A stretch of DNA of 63,515 nucleotides, the filler included, from Collodictyon triciliatum (lineage: Eukaryota): NCBI GenBank assembly GCA_043381765.1. It is 10 parts of 10 records of this genome, joined end to end, with 100 filler letters (N's around TTAATTAATTAA, not from the genome) between each part and the next. Parts side by side here need not be neighbours in the genome. Positions count along the whole stretch, not along the records: positions 1 to 7,624 come from JBHJMP010003814.1; positions 7,725 to 15,341 come from JBHJMP010003815.1; 8 more parts are not named here. The stretch is one strand, 5' to 3'. The notes below the pieces were generated by a model. It was not told where the DNA came from, did not search any database, and saw only the letters and a program-made list of their open reading frames with translations. The translations under genes and the position numbers were made by a program. This document shows positions 1 through 13,100 of this stretch, piece by piece; position 1 is the stretch's first letter, and the number at the start of each line of letters is the position of its first letter.

Positions 1-9
1 AACGTGTTT

Positions 10-78
<69 letters not shown>

Positions 79-123
79 TGTCTTTGTGGTGTAAAACTCA
101 GAGCTATATTTTCACATTGTCAG

Positions 124-3100
124 CGCGGAAGAAATCGTCGAAAACAACTGGCGAAGAAGTGGCGGCGGAACCCGCAGCAGCCATGAGCGAAGCAGAGGCC
201 AAGGAAGAAAGGCGCCGAAGGCGCAAGAAAGAAAAGGAAGCAGAGCAAGGTGGTTTTTTTTTTATTATACTATGATGATTGTGCCAGAAGCATCATAATA
301 GCCTTTTCATCGTTCCTAATTGCACAGTCTCCTTTTCTTTTTCTAAGAAAACCACTATATTGGAAAAGTGAAGTTTATTACCTTTGTATCACATCAATAT
401 GTATGAGTCATATTTGAGCCCTCATTACTTTCAGCATTCCTTCAACCTATTTGAAATACTGCAAACATCAAACGAACCATATGAATCATACAAACATACA
501 ATCGCACAACACGAAAAGCCGCCCTTGCTGCAGAAGCACAGCAGACACAACTGCAGCAACAATCCCAACACGCGCCCACCGAACCTGAAGCTGCTGAAAA
601 AGTCCGAAAGAAACGAGAAAAGAAGGAGAATACTGAGCCAGATGCAGCTCAGCCTGTCTCACAAGATGCAAATACCGCTGGTGAGACGGCAGAGGATATT
701 GCCCGAAGAGAACGAAGAGAGAGACGAAAACGCGAGAAAGAAAAGGAGAAGCAGGTGGAGGCAGAAAATGTGCCTGTTGCAGCTGCTGTGTCGACAGCTA
801 TCCTAGCACCATCTGCAGCTTTGCCTGCACCAGCCATTGAAACCGAAGAAGAACGAGAAAAGAGAGAGCGAAGAGAAAGAAGAGAAAGAAGGAAGAAAGA
901 AAAAGAAGCTCAGGAGGCTCTCACGGCTGGAACTGATGCCCCCAACCCAGCTCAAACTGCGGTAACAGAAGCTCCTACCTCTACGAATGAAAAGCGCAGA
1001 CCAAAAGAAGAGATGAAGCAGCAGGAATCGGTCGTTCAGTTGCAACCTGAGCAGGCACAGAGTGATACCGTGGACATTGAAGGAAAAGAGCGAAGGAGAC
1101 GAAAGAAAGGTAAGAGTCTATGACTATCACTTATGAGTATTTCTATCTTATTGCAATACGCCGCTGGTAAATTTCGTGATAAGGCACACTATTGCCTAAT
1201 TTTTTGAAAATCATCAGAGAAAGAGGAGACTCAGATTGAGGCAAGGTCAGAGCAGCCATCAATAGAAGAGATCGCGAAAGAGGACAGGAAAAGTACGTCT
1301 GTACATCTCTATCTATTCGCACCACAAATCAGGGACTCCATGGTAGTACAATGCACTAAACGATATACAGTTTCTTTAAACGCCAGATTCACAAATAACG
1401 CGTACTTACGATCTCTATTGCAACATTTTAGAGAAGAAGAAAGAGAAAAAGGAGGATGGTGCTTTCTTTATTCTGTGGAAAGCAATTCAACCATATCGAT
1501 AGTTTCTATAGATAATGATATGTATCTTAAAAGTACGTTTCATGTTTCTTTGAACCAATCTCATTAGAAGAAGAACCTAAACCACGAAAGAGCAAATCTA
1601 AGAAAGCACGAGACCCGTCTCCTCCTGCGGAAGAGTTGATGACAGAAAATGAATATCAGGACGACTTTGAGGTGCTCCATGATTACAATTGTCTATTTCA
1701 AGAATTTTTTTTTACGTATAACTTGCAGAAATCATATACATATATATATAACAAGGACATAAAGAAAAACATAATAAATTCATCTTATTTTTATCAACCA
1801 GGAATACAAAGACGATTTTGAAGATGAAGAGCCTGCCCCTCCACCCGATAAAAAGGTTCTGGATGTCTTGGATGCTGTAGCGAGAGAAAATTCTGCCGTG
1901 AAACAAAAAGTGAGCAGCCGGGGGTCTTCAAGTCAAGTACATATTCATTTTTAATTCATTTTGATAATCCATTGTTTCTATTATGCCATCATTCACATGG
2001 CATGATAATTAGCTTATTTTCAAAAACAATATTTTGATCAGTCCCATCAATTTCTTCTTTTTTTTAACAGTCTGAACATGCACCATCTGCTACAAGAGCT
2101 AAAGGAAATGAGCGTAAGTTTGTATGGGAACACACTATTTGTTGTTTCTTTATCTTATTGAGACCTTTTAATAAAATACAAGAACATGTGATTGTAAGTC
2201 TGTTGATTCGCGACTTGTTTCACCTTAAAACTTAGCGCCACCATCCAAACCAGCCGATTTGCCGAAAGGGAATGACCGAAAATATGCAAAGGGAAAGACT
2301 CGGAAAACAGCAGCAGAAATTGAGATGCTCAAAAGAAGGAATCAAAGAGTCAAGGTTATTCTCTTCCTTACATTCATGAATCATGAAAATCAATCTTTTT
2401 CTTTGCTTTGACTGTGCATCAAAAAAATGGATACTTTCGCAAAATCTCGCCAATAACTAAGACCATTCATCGAACCTGTATGAAAACATAGGACTTGATG
2501 AATTTGGTTAGCTTCGATTATGTATCTGGGGATATATTTCAACAGGAACCTATGACAGAGTATGACTTGTACATTGAAAATTTCGGAAAAACAAATTCTG
2601 TTCAAAAAAGCTCGCAGGCACCTACCGATGGTGATGTGTTTACTCTTGAGATTCAAACGGACAAAATCGATTGCAACGAAGTATCATGCCAAGTTCCACA
2701 TGACCTAACTATACGCAACATGAAAACATTGGAATTCAACGGAGACTACCAATCTTTATCTCTGCAAGTAGACTCTGTCAGCCTTTTAAAATTCCTTACA
2801 AGGGCCGCACAGGTTTGATTTATTTTTGATATTTTTTTTTCATATTTTTCATGTTGCTATTTTATTTAATGGGCTGCTTTAATGAAATCAAAACTGTGAA
2901 CATACCAACTGAAAATGAGACACACTCAATAACACGGATGTACCTCCAGTGACAGGAAGTGGTGCTGTAATTCCTTAATTTCAATATCGTAGGCTTGCGA
3001 AAGTGTAATTGAGGAAAATACGCTTGGACTTCATCCGAAAAAGAGCAATACACAAAAGGCTGTTGTTTCTTTCAGCTCTATCTACACAAAGCTTAATTGC

Positions 3101-6100
3101 CCACTTTATCTCAAAAACAGCCCTGTTTCAGGTACATAATTCCTATTGTGAATATGTAATAACCATGTGACCCAACGCACTTTTTTTTTGAACCAGAAAT
3201 CAGGTTTTCCGAGGCCCAGCCAAATCAACTTCTGGTTTCACACTCAAATAACCAAGCATCCAGCGGGTCAGGAGACAATAGCTGTATATTGATTTGGACC
3301 CTTGATTCGCCTTCAGCCCCGCACAAGTATCAGAAATACTCATCCTGGATTTGATTTCCTTTGCTCCTTAAATCATGTTTCATGTCATTGTTGCGCCTCT
3401 GCATTTCAAGCAACGACTAGGTTATATGCCTTTATCAATCCACTAAGCATTACTTAATCATCTGTGCAATAGAGTGCTTGTGTCGGGATGCGTACACAGC
3501 AACTGCCGGTTCAGTCCTGATAAAGCCTCTATCGTGGTGGCCGGAACGAGAGCCGGGAGTATTCTGCTTTGGGACCTGCGTGAGCAATCGAATATGCACG
3601 AAATTAAAGGTCGATGTTCTTCGCAAACTCATCCTTTTTGGAAATAAGCATAGGAGAATAAATGATAGGCAATTAAAGTCCAATGAAGACTAAGAAGAAA
3701 GCAACGGAATTAGAAAAGAATTTCCTCTTAATGTATCCTTTCTAGACAATGTTACCTGGCGTTACCCGACGTTCAGAACAGACGGCCAACTGCAGGACAT
3801 TCACCCAAATCCAATTGTGATAATTTATTTTATGCTCTGCATTGTACTTTCCTTTCCTTAGTTGATTTTGTAAGCCAATATTTCATTTAAATTATTATCA
3901 AATTTATTGCATTAGGTCTCAATATCAACAATTCAATCGTCGAAAGGGTTCAGACGGACTAAGGGAGATGATGGGGAAAATGATGAATGTACAAAATATC
4001 AACCCTATTATACATTTAAAAAATGAAGAGTTTAAAGCATGACATAACTATCTCCTAAGAGTGTTTTTTCTCCCTTTATTCCATTTAAGCCCATCGCTCC
4101 TTTCAGATGTTATCTCTGGACGAAAGTGGTGATTTGAATGTGTGGGTTGCCATCGAGCTTCCTCAAAGAGAACAGTATTTTTTTCTACAAATTTATTCGT
4201 TCCCCAAAAGTAAAATCCAAAAAGAGAAATAAAATTAGCTATGTCATATTGACCCAAGTCCTACTTATCTCACAATGCCATTTCTAACTATCAGGATAAC
4301 AATTGAAAGTGATGTTGGTTTATCGATTGGAGGAAGAGTCAAATTGATAAAGACGATGACATCAAAGCATACTATCAAGAAACGTACTGCAATCCCTCCG
4401 CCAATCAAATTTCAATAGGATATCTCTTAATCGCAGCCATTATATTTTTATTCCTCTACGCTTATTTATTTTTAAGAAAATACGGAAGTTTGTCTGTTTT
4501 AAATTAGCTATGTTTACTTCAATGCATGTATGTGCCAATAGCAACCGACGCGATATCAAATGTCCAGGCCACAACAATTGAACAAATAGCTGAAGATTCA
4601 AATACGTAAGTTGCCTCAAACACAAGCTCCTCAATTATAAATATCTGTTTTATAGTCACTAAATTTAAATGTGTAGCTACCTTATTGGAACTACAAGTGG
4701 AAGAATACTACACGGCTCCAGATTTGGCCAGTGTCCTCCTCCCAAGTTTTATCAACTGAATATTGAGAACGTTGGGGTAATCAAAATGATAAGATTTTAT
4801 GAATGAAGCCTCGCTCGTTTTCTAGTTGTTACTGACAACACATCAACTATTTGATTTCACCCACCTCTATTTTCTTTTCTTATGAAAAACACGAAACAAA
4901 TCTGGAACCATTGACACAGGAGGTTACTTCGGTAAGTTCATCCCCGTTCTTTGCAAAGTTTTTCCTTGTCAGTTCATCAGATGGCTCCATCGCGTACGCA
5001 TTAAAATTTCAATTCTGAATCTGATAACCAAAAATATACGAGCTTCGGGACTCTTACATTTCCATATCAAATTAAGAACTAACGCCATTACACAAAGTGA
5101 ATCCGAAACAAAAAATAACATATATTTCAAAGGCACAAACCGATTATTAGAACAGTAGCCTCTAACTAACGACGTAGCAATCCTTTTTTTTTTTAAAAAA
5201 AAAAAGATTGGCGACTGATTATTGACAAATAAATTAAAATAGTCTCTTCAAGACCAACAATGCAGCCCCTGTGAATGTTTGGTTCGGTTTTACTGAATCG
5301 AGCGTAACTCATGTGTGCTGGTCGCCTACTAAGCCGTCCGTTTTCTTTGCGTGCGATTCATCATCCAGATTCTTCATTTGGTCTCTCTTCCAGCCGCAGG
5401 TGCCGTTTACATACATCCATAGTCTCTTGATTGTTTGCAAATGTAGAAGTGATCTACTGCGTAATAAAATATTTTGTGCCATCCACTTCATAATACCTCT
5501 GCATCCCTATCAGAATCCTGTCATCAAAGAAGATATCAAATCTGGAGATGGTCATCTGACTGGATTTGCTGTTTCATATCCTTTGACCACACAATCAGAA
5601 ACCTTCATTACCTTGCGAAAATACCACATGACGAGCCATTAACATTCAGACATGTCAAGACCTATCCCATGAATCAACTGCCGGTCATATGCTGTCTATT
5701 TTTCTTTGACGCTGTATTTTTATTTTTATTTTTTGTTGCCTACGAACCGGAGCCCTGTCCAAGAGCCAAGCGTAGCATTTGGATTTTCAAACGGCGCTGT
5801 GGAAATACATGAATTGCAGTAAATCTTTTCATACAGAAGTTATATTCATAATTTTTTTATTACATGCACCAAAAATCCTATTCGTCTATGAGCTATGTGA
5901 TGTAATGTCCAAAAAAAAAAAAAAGAAGTGGAATTATGATAACCAGAAAAAACGACTGAATATCAGTCCAAATAATGTTGAATAGTATATTAAGAATTTT
6001 AGATTGAACGGCACTACAAAGACCCACACATATTTCGTTAATTGCCATTACTGAACCATCCATTTTTTTTTCCATCCAAACTGCAATATCTGCGATAGGG

Positions 6101-6165
6101 ATGCATACGCAGACCAAAAGGCAGACGAACTCGAAAAGATCAAAGCCATTCTTGACGGCTTCTGA
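124..6165 (+). CDS. DYNC2I1: Dynein-2 intermediate chain 1 (WDR60), multi-exon, 5' partial
   Basis: Spliced exons give a charged N-terminus, EYQDDFE/EYKDDFE, PMTEYDLYIENFGKTN, VVAGTRAGSILLWDLRE, SFQMLSLDESGDLNVWVAIELP, SDVGLSIGGRVKL, VCWSPTKPSVFF and a last exon QDAYADQKADELEKIKAILDGF* (TGA 6163-6165). All are WDR60-like motifs. Confidence 0.9.
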
Positions 6166-6457
6166 AAATCCCTGACCAGACACCCAACAATAAACCACAA
6201 ATTAACATATGACCTTTTGTTTTGATGCGTACCATTCGATGAAAAAATAAATAAATAGCATTGGGCTTGAGATTGCAGCTATATCTTTTGAGTCTCACCT
6301 GAGATATTTCTATTTTAATCTAATTTAATTTAATTTAACTTATTCTTCATATTTGACTCGGACTTCAAATCCCGCCCAGGCACTCAAGGCGTCTGTTTGG
6401 TTTTATGCTTTATGAATGTACACCAGAAAAGGCAGAGATACGGCTCTGTTCGACGAG

Positions 6458-7197
6458 TCACGGGTTCGAGCTGCTTTGGCCCAGGCTCTGCCCAGAGTTC
6501 TGCCCCTGCACAGTGTTGTAAGAAAGCTGCGCGTCCGCTGTCTTTGCCAGAACCATGAGATTTTCCTGCAACTTCTTAAGATACCTAATGTTGAGACTTG
6601 CTTAAAACTAGGCGTATTGCACAGCAGGAGTCTGGGCGGCGATGTTATCCTTTCTGTTGGCTGCTTTTCAGCTTCAATTCCCTTTCCTTCTTTTCTTTTC
6701 TTTTCTTTTCTTTTCTTTTCTTTTCTTTTCTTTTCTTTTCTTTTCTTTTCTTTGCTTTTCTTTGCTTTTCTTTGCTTTTATCAAGAGATATATGCAGCTG
6801 TCACGTTGAAGAAGAGGGTTTGATTACAACGAGAGGTTCGCTACATTGTCTCATTTAGCAAAAAGTTTCATTGTTAGATGGTTGTGTTAGAGGGACGAAG
6901 CTTGCTTCATACCTTGCGCTTTCTTGCGTCTTGCCCAGTCTCTGGTTTTCTACAACAGCAAGTATGAGGAGTTTGTTTTCCTCCAGCATCTGAGGTGGAC
7001 AGAGCATAGGAAAAGGAAAAAGGAAGGTTTAATGAACGGGCCAAGAGACAAACACCATCTTCTGGTTGCAGGACTTTATCCTCCGCCTCGGTACTAGGCA
7101 AACATGCAAGCATATTCTCTTCTGATAGAGGAGAAATCCAATGACCAGGAAAAACCTGCTGCACACCCTCTGCGTTGGACTTCTCGGCTCCTGACAT
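6458..7197 (-). CDS. SS18: SS18/GIF-family (SSXT domain) BAF subunit, 81 aa, 3 exons (7197-7156, 6989-6913, 6584-6458)
   Basis: The splice gives MSGAEKSNAEGVQQMLEENKLLILAVVENQRLGKTQESARYLKKLQENLMVLAKTADAQ..., matching the SSXT pattern Q.LDEN..LI..I.E.QN.GK..E...Y...L..NL..LA..AD. Exon lengths sum to 246 nt. Confidence 0.85.
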
Positions 7198-7497
7198 AAG
7201 CAAGCCGCCTTCCTTTTCGTTGCCTTTTTTTTTCCTTCCCTAGTTTTTTTTTTTTGTTAGCAGATTGCAAGTCGGGTTACCGAGCATATTGAATGATAAA
7301 ACAAAAACTTTTAGTGAAGTTGGTTAATTGGGTGAGGTGGATATACGTATTCCTCCAGGGCTTGGCTTTCTGGCCTTGTTCGTGTGGGTATGGGTGTGTG
7401 TTGTTGGGCCAGCAGATTCTTTCTCGATCGATTCATCCATCTCTGCCCACAAAAACCATAAAATTAAAATCAATAAAAAAAATAAAAAAAAAAATTA

Positions 7498-7625
7498 AAA
7501 ACTAAAAACTAAAAACTAAAAACCAAAACTAAAAACTAAAAACTAAAAACTAAAAACTAAAAACTAAAAACTAAAAACTAAAAACTAAAAACTAAAAACT
7601 AAAAACTAAAAACTAAAAACTAAAN
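7498..7625 (+). repeat. (AAAACT)n microsatellite, one of many SSRs: (TTTTC)n 6690 and 17500, (AAAAC)n 8985, (ACAT)n 10088, (CT)n 15841, (GA)n 22990, (AATAG)n 24953, (AAT)n 30899 and 38417, (TAG)n 38613, (CTTTCCCTTT)n 63420
   Basis: Directly visible. Most lie in introns or at contig breaks. Confidence 0.95.
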
Positions 7626-7723
7626 NNNNNNNNNNNNNNNNNNNNNNNNNNNNNNNNNNNNNNNNNNNTTAATTAATTAANNNNNNNNNNNNNNNNNNNN
7701 NNNNNNNNNNNNNNNNNNNNNNN
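7626..7723. other. Artificial contig linker N-TTAATTAATTAA-N (also at ~15386, 23106, 30843, 38557, 44616, 52323, 60028, 62147)
   Basis: The identical six-frame-stop 12-mer flanked by N runs occurs nine times, usually beside microsatellite-terminated contig ends. Confidence 0.98.
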
Positions 7724-8224
7724 NCAGCTCAACCAGCTCAACCAGCTCAACCAGCTCAACCAACTCAACCAACTCAACCAGCTCAACCAGCTCAACCAAC
7801 TCAACCAACTCAACCAGCTCAACCAGCTCAACCAGCTCAACCAACTCAACCAGCTCAACCAACTCAACCAGCTCAACCAGCCCAACCAACTCAACCAACT
7901 CAACCAGCTCAACCAGCTCAACCAGCTCAACCAACTCAACCAACTCAACCAGCTCAACCAGCTCAACCAACTCAACCAACTCAACCAACTCAACCAACTC
8001 AACCAGCTCAACCACCAAAACAACTGAAACATCAACAACCAGTGCAACAAATGAAGCAGGAATTAAAATCACAACTGCCAAAGAAGCCGCCGAAACAGGA
8101 ACAACGAAAGCCACAGCTACCGTTGGATGTTGTGATCACTTTGAAGCCCCAAACCTCTTTTTCTAAAGGGGCTGATGTTGAAGGTGCTGCCCAAGAGTTA
8201 AGTGGCCTAAAAATCGGCCAATAA
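7724..8224 (+). CDS. C-terminal fragment of an unknown protein with a (P[A/T]Q)n tract
   Basis: 9-bp CCAGCTCAA/CCAACTCAA array in frame with PPKQLKHQQPVQQMKQE...LSGLKIGQ*. The contig starts inside the repeat. Confidence 0.5.
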   Translation, partial: XAQPAQPAQPAQPTQPTQPAQPAQPTQPTQPAQPAQPAQPTQPAQPTQPAQPAQPTQPTQPAQPAQPAQPTQPTQPAQPAQPTQPTQPTQPTQPAQPPKQLKHQQPVQQMKQELKSQLPKKPPKQEQRKPQLPLDVVITLKPQTSFSKGADVEGAAQELSGLKIGQ

Positions 8225-8628
8225 AATCAACCAACAGTGAAAATGTCCCCGATAATAACGCTTTTATTTTATTTTATGCGCCATTTTACAATGTGTATTA
8301 TGGAGAGCCAGCTGACATTTTAGTATGGATGTGAAGATAGTTTGAGTAAATCGAAAATATTGATTTACTGAGTAAATTCGCTAAGCGGTTATAGTGGATT
8401 AATTATGTCGCCTGATAAAAAAAAAATTATAATGAACCCACCGCGCTGAGATTTTGGTTAAATTGCTAAAACATACGAATTTGACACAAACGCCAATACC
8501 ACAATTATAGGAATTATACACGCAAAGGATGTTAATATAATCTGTCTCATTATCGTACGAGTTTCTAACTACAGAGTCATTCATATCATTTGTGTTTTTT
8601 TCCTTTATGAAAAGAGATGTGGCGACTC

Positions 8629-10086
8629 TTATTCGTCCTCGTTGTTTTCATTGTTCTCTTCTTCCTTTTCCTCCTCTCCTATACCAGCCACAGCATATGA
8701 CAATTTCTTCTGCGCCCGAGTCACTCTCATTTCGGCATCTTTTGTTTCAGAGTTTTCTGAACCATAAACAAGTTCATACACAACTCGAGCCTTTTCAAAC
8801 ATTTCTAGAGATTCTTGCAGCCTTTCACATTTTTCAAACAGGTTTCCGATGTTGAAAAAAACATCCGCGACACTAGAATGCCATTCCCCAAATATTTGTA
8901 GTCGAATCTCAAGTGACTTTTGGTAGACTTCCAATGCCTTTTCAAGCCTACAAAATGTTTATTTTATCGAAGATAAAATAAACAAAACAAAACAAAACAA
9001 AACAAAACAAAACAAAACAAAACAAAACAAAACAAAACAAAACAAAACAAAACAAAACAAAACAAAACAAAACAAAACAAAACAAAAAAGAAATAGAAAA
9101 GAAAGAGCAATCACAACTTACTCTCCAAGGTTATCATATACTCCACCAAGGTTATTATATATATCTGCAACACTGGTGTGATAATCTCCAGACAATTTCA
9201 ACCGAATTTCAAGACAGTTAAAATAATATTCTGCAGCATCTTCGAATCTATGAGATAATTTGAGTTCTTTAAGTCTCAAGAAACATGAGAATATGAACAA
9301 CAAACCCTCCGATCGTTCTGCAAATAATCCCCATGTTATGATATACAGTTGCAACACTCGGGTGAATTTTTCCAAACGCTTTCAATATGATGTCTAGTTC
9401 CTTCTTGTAGTATTCTAGTGCTTTTTCGTACCTATCAGACCACGATATTATCAATTTGGAAAAATCTAGAAAAAATGCTCCGATGCTCAATTCAAAAATA
9501 AAGTCAAAAAAAAATGTACTCTCCAATTTTTCCGTAAAAAGTTCCTATGTTTCCATAAGATACCGCAACATTAGGATGCCATTCTCCGAACAATCTCATC
9601 GATATATCAAGATCTTTCTGGTAATATTCCAGTGCCTTATCATAACTTTCCAAAATTTACGTTAGCAGTTGAAAACTATGAATCGAATAACAGAAAAAAG
9701 AATTACCGAAGGAAACCTCAACAGAAATATAAATACCTCTCAAGGTTAAGGTATGTGCTTCCAAGATTGAGGAACGCTGTCGCTACATTCGGATGGATTT
9801 CTCCAAACACTTTCAATTTTATTTCAAGAGATTTATTGTAGTACTCTTCAGCTTTTTCATACCTATAATAATCCAATATCTTATTTTTTCTAAAAGAATT
9901 AACATTTACAATAAGAATATTTACTGCCCAAGGTGTTGATACACTATTCCGATATTATTATACGAGTCAGCAACTTCAGGGCGATTCTCTCCAAATATCC
10001 CCACTGCGATTTTAAGGTCTTTGTGATAATATTCTAACGCCATTTCATGACTAATAAAGGGTCAGATTAAACCCATGGAGAAGTAA

Positions 10087-10117
<31 letters not shown>

Positions 10118-13100
10118 CATACATACATACATACATACATACATACATACATACATACATACATACATACATACATACATACATACATACAAATGAACTT
10201 ACTTTCCAATACTATCATATATTACTCCAATATTATTATACGATACTGAGATGCTTGGATGAAATTCTCCAAACAGTTTCAGCTTAATTTCAAGTGATTT
10301 TTGATAGAACTCTAATGCTTTTTCATACCTTGTGATATTTTTCCTTATAGATTGTCTGGAGAAAGGATTAAATAATAATAGTCACATTTGTATAGGTAAC
10401 AAATAGGGATACTTTCCGATCTGATTGTAAACCATTCCCAAGAAATTCAAGTCTATACTATTTGAACCTAATGTAGATGGGTTATTATTTTTGAAATATA
10501 GATTGGGTTTGTTTGAAGGTTAAAAACCTTCGTCTGTTTCCACCGAGATGCGGTATTCAAGTATTGGAATTAAAAAATCGTTTTCCTGAACTTCTCGAAA
10601 ATAGCTGACAAGTTCGTATCCAGCAGGGTTCAGTTCCTATTTTAATTACATATTAGAAATATATAGTTACAATTATGCTAGATTCGTAGAAAAAGACCTT
10701 TGCCATTTCGCTGTACACAATTTTATGGTCGAATCCGTTTGTATTTAGTTCCCTCCAGCATTCAAAAAACTCGAAACGATATGCTCCTTTCAGCATATTT
10801 TCTACAACCTTGAGAATAGGTTGTATTTTACTCATAAAAATATCAGGCAAATAATACAATTATATTAAAACCTTTTCTCTTCTTACGAACTCAACCAAAT
10901 TTACATATCCCTCTGATATCCTTAAATTGTGGCAAATTTCAGCAATCAAAAGAACATCATCGATGTCATAACCATATTCTGTCAACAGCCATAGACCATA
11001 TTCATGTGCTTCTGACTTTTTATAATACTCGCCATCAAAGTATCTTTCTTTTATGGATAGTGTCAAAAGTTCATGGGAGAACGTGTATCTAAACGAAAAA
11101 TTATCAGGTGCTGATTCAACAACAAATATATAAAACCATTCCTGTCATTGAATCTAATAAAGGAAAAAACTTGAAGCGAATGGACGATAGTTATTATGAT
11201 CTTTGTTATAACCTTCTGTTCCTTACAAACAGCGACTCTAGCAAAACAAAAAGGAAAGATTTCCTAGGAATAAAGAAATATCAGAAAAATGAACAACTAT
11301 TGGGCTAAAATAGTAATATTTAATTACCATGTCGCATGATTCATTTTGATATTGATTTGCTTAAGTCGATATTCCATATATTTATCCAACTCGTTTTCAT
11401 CTAGCCCAATACGTGACACATAAAGAGCACTAATAGATATGCGAACTAGCTCCAATCCTAAAAAATTTAATACGTGAATAATTTAATCCTATTATATATA
11501 AGTGACGAAAATAATATTTTTACCCACCATATTTATTTTCCCACCGACTTATCACAAGATCAAATAAGTCGACAACACCATTCGTTTGTAGCATCGCATG
11601 AAGTTCTCTATCCAATTTTTCATAAACCCCAAACACACGAAGTTCGTCCAAGACAACGTGCAAATATAGTGGATGTCCTGAATTCAATATTTATGTGAAG
11701 TCACTAAACTATCAAAAAATAAATCACACCTGTTACGTGCATTTACCTGTATCCTCAGAATCACTCAAAATCATTCCCATCTGCCGCTCATTCAAGGATT
11801 TGTTATATCGGTTGAAAAAAGTAGTAGTTGCCTGTCTGATTTCGACGTCATCAAGTTTGGGGATAGGGATGATATCGAGTGCAAGTGACTTGACCACCTT
11901 GTATAAAAGAAGAAAAAAAAGAGGAGCAAAAATAAACCTGAGTAATAAATAAAAATTTGGCTCATGGTATTGGAAAACATACATAGCATGACTTATGTGA
12001 ATTGATGGCCGACACAACAATAGATGTGTTCTTTGGTGTTTTTTTTGGGAGCCATTCAAGGTTATGAACGTGTTTGTATTGTTGTGAATCAACTAATTGA
12101 TCGAGAGCATCAACTACCAACACGACTTTTGTTCTCCTATTCAATACGTGTTTTTTTAAGAAAATATTCCCTAATATATAAATATTAAGAAAATAAGGTG
12201 GAAACAGACTCATTTCTAGCAGCCAGCTTTAGAATATAATCGAGCCCTTCGTTCAATAAAGCTTTCCCTGGAATAAATTCAAAAAAATACAACGAAAATG
12301 AACGATACCATTCCAAAATTTTGGACATATTCTATAGAAAGGTACATAATATTCATAGCACTATCATTTGCCAGTATACCATCTTGTGAATTAAGTTCCA
12401 GTTCAATAACTGCATTTTCAACAAGCTTACGAGCCACACGCTCTACCAAACTATGTACAAATTCAATCAAACTTCAAAAAACAAACCTATCGCTGAATCA
12501 TAACTCATAATATTATATTAACTTAACTTAACTTACTTCTCAACATAATTACTCAAATTTGAGCATCCAACAAAGTAATAGATGACAACTAGATTTGGAT
12601 CCTTTTCAGCGTTCAAATCACGTACGAGTCCACTCATAATTGTTGATTTTCCAACACCAGATTCAGCTCCAATAACAGTAATTTCAGAATTATCAACAAA
12701 TAGCTGATCCATAGCTCTTTCCTTCAAGAACGCCAGAATATGGTCTCTTCCTTCCAGTCCAATCAAGCGATGACGCATAAACTGCTCATGAGCTGCATCT
12801 TCTGGATTTCTTTTCTGTAAATTCAAATTCTTTTAATCAGTGCACTGACTAATTCCAGATAAAAATTTTATAATTGTAATACAAAAAAGAATTTCAAATA
12901 ATCTATGAAAACCTCTTCCTCTGGAAAATCCTGGCTTATTGATTCCATCAGATCTTTTATAATCATCAAAATAAGTTCCTTAGGTGTTTTGTATGATTGG
13001 ACACAAAACAATTTTTTTATCTTTTCTTTCAATCCATCTTGGCTTATTTTCTGCAGTTAAAAAATCTTCAATATGAAAAAAATTATACAAAGATTTAATA

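Noticed and set aside
7673-8114. (WLS)n and (VEL)n minus-strand ORFs, plus poly-F/Y/T/L ORFs elsewhere
   Set aside because: Translations of simple repeats or N runs.
10329-10412. GTATCCCT donor resembling a U12 intron
   Set aside because: Imperfect match to GTATCCTT, no TCCTTAAC branch site, and equivalent introns in the other TPR units are ordinary.
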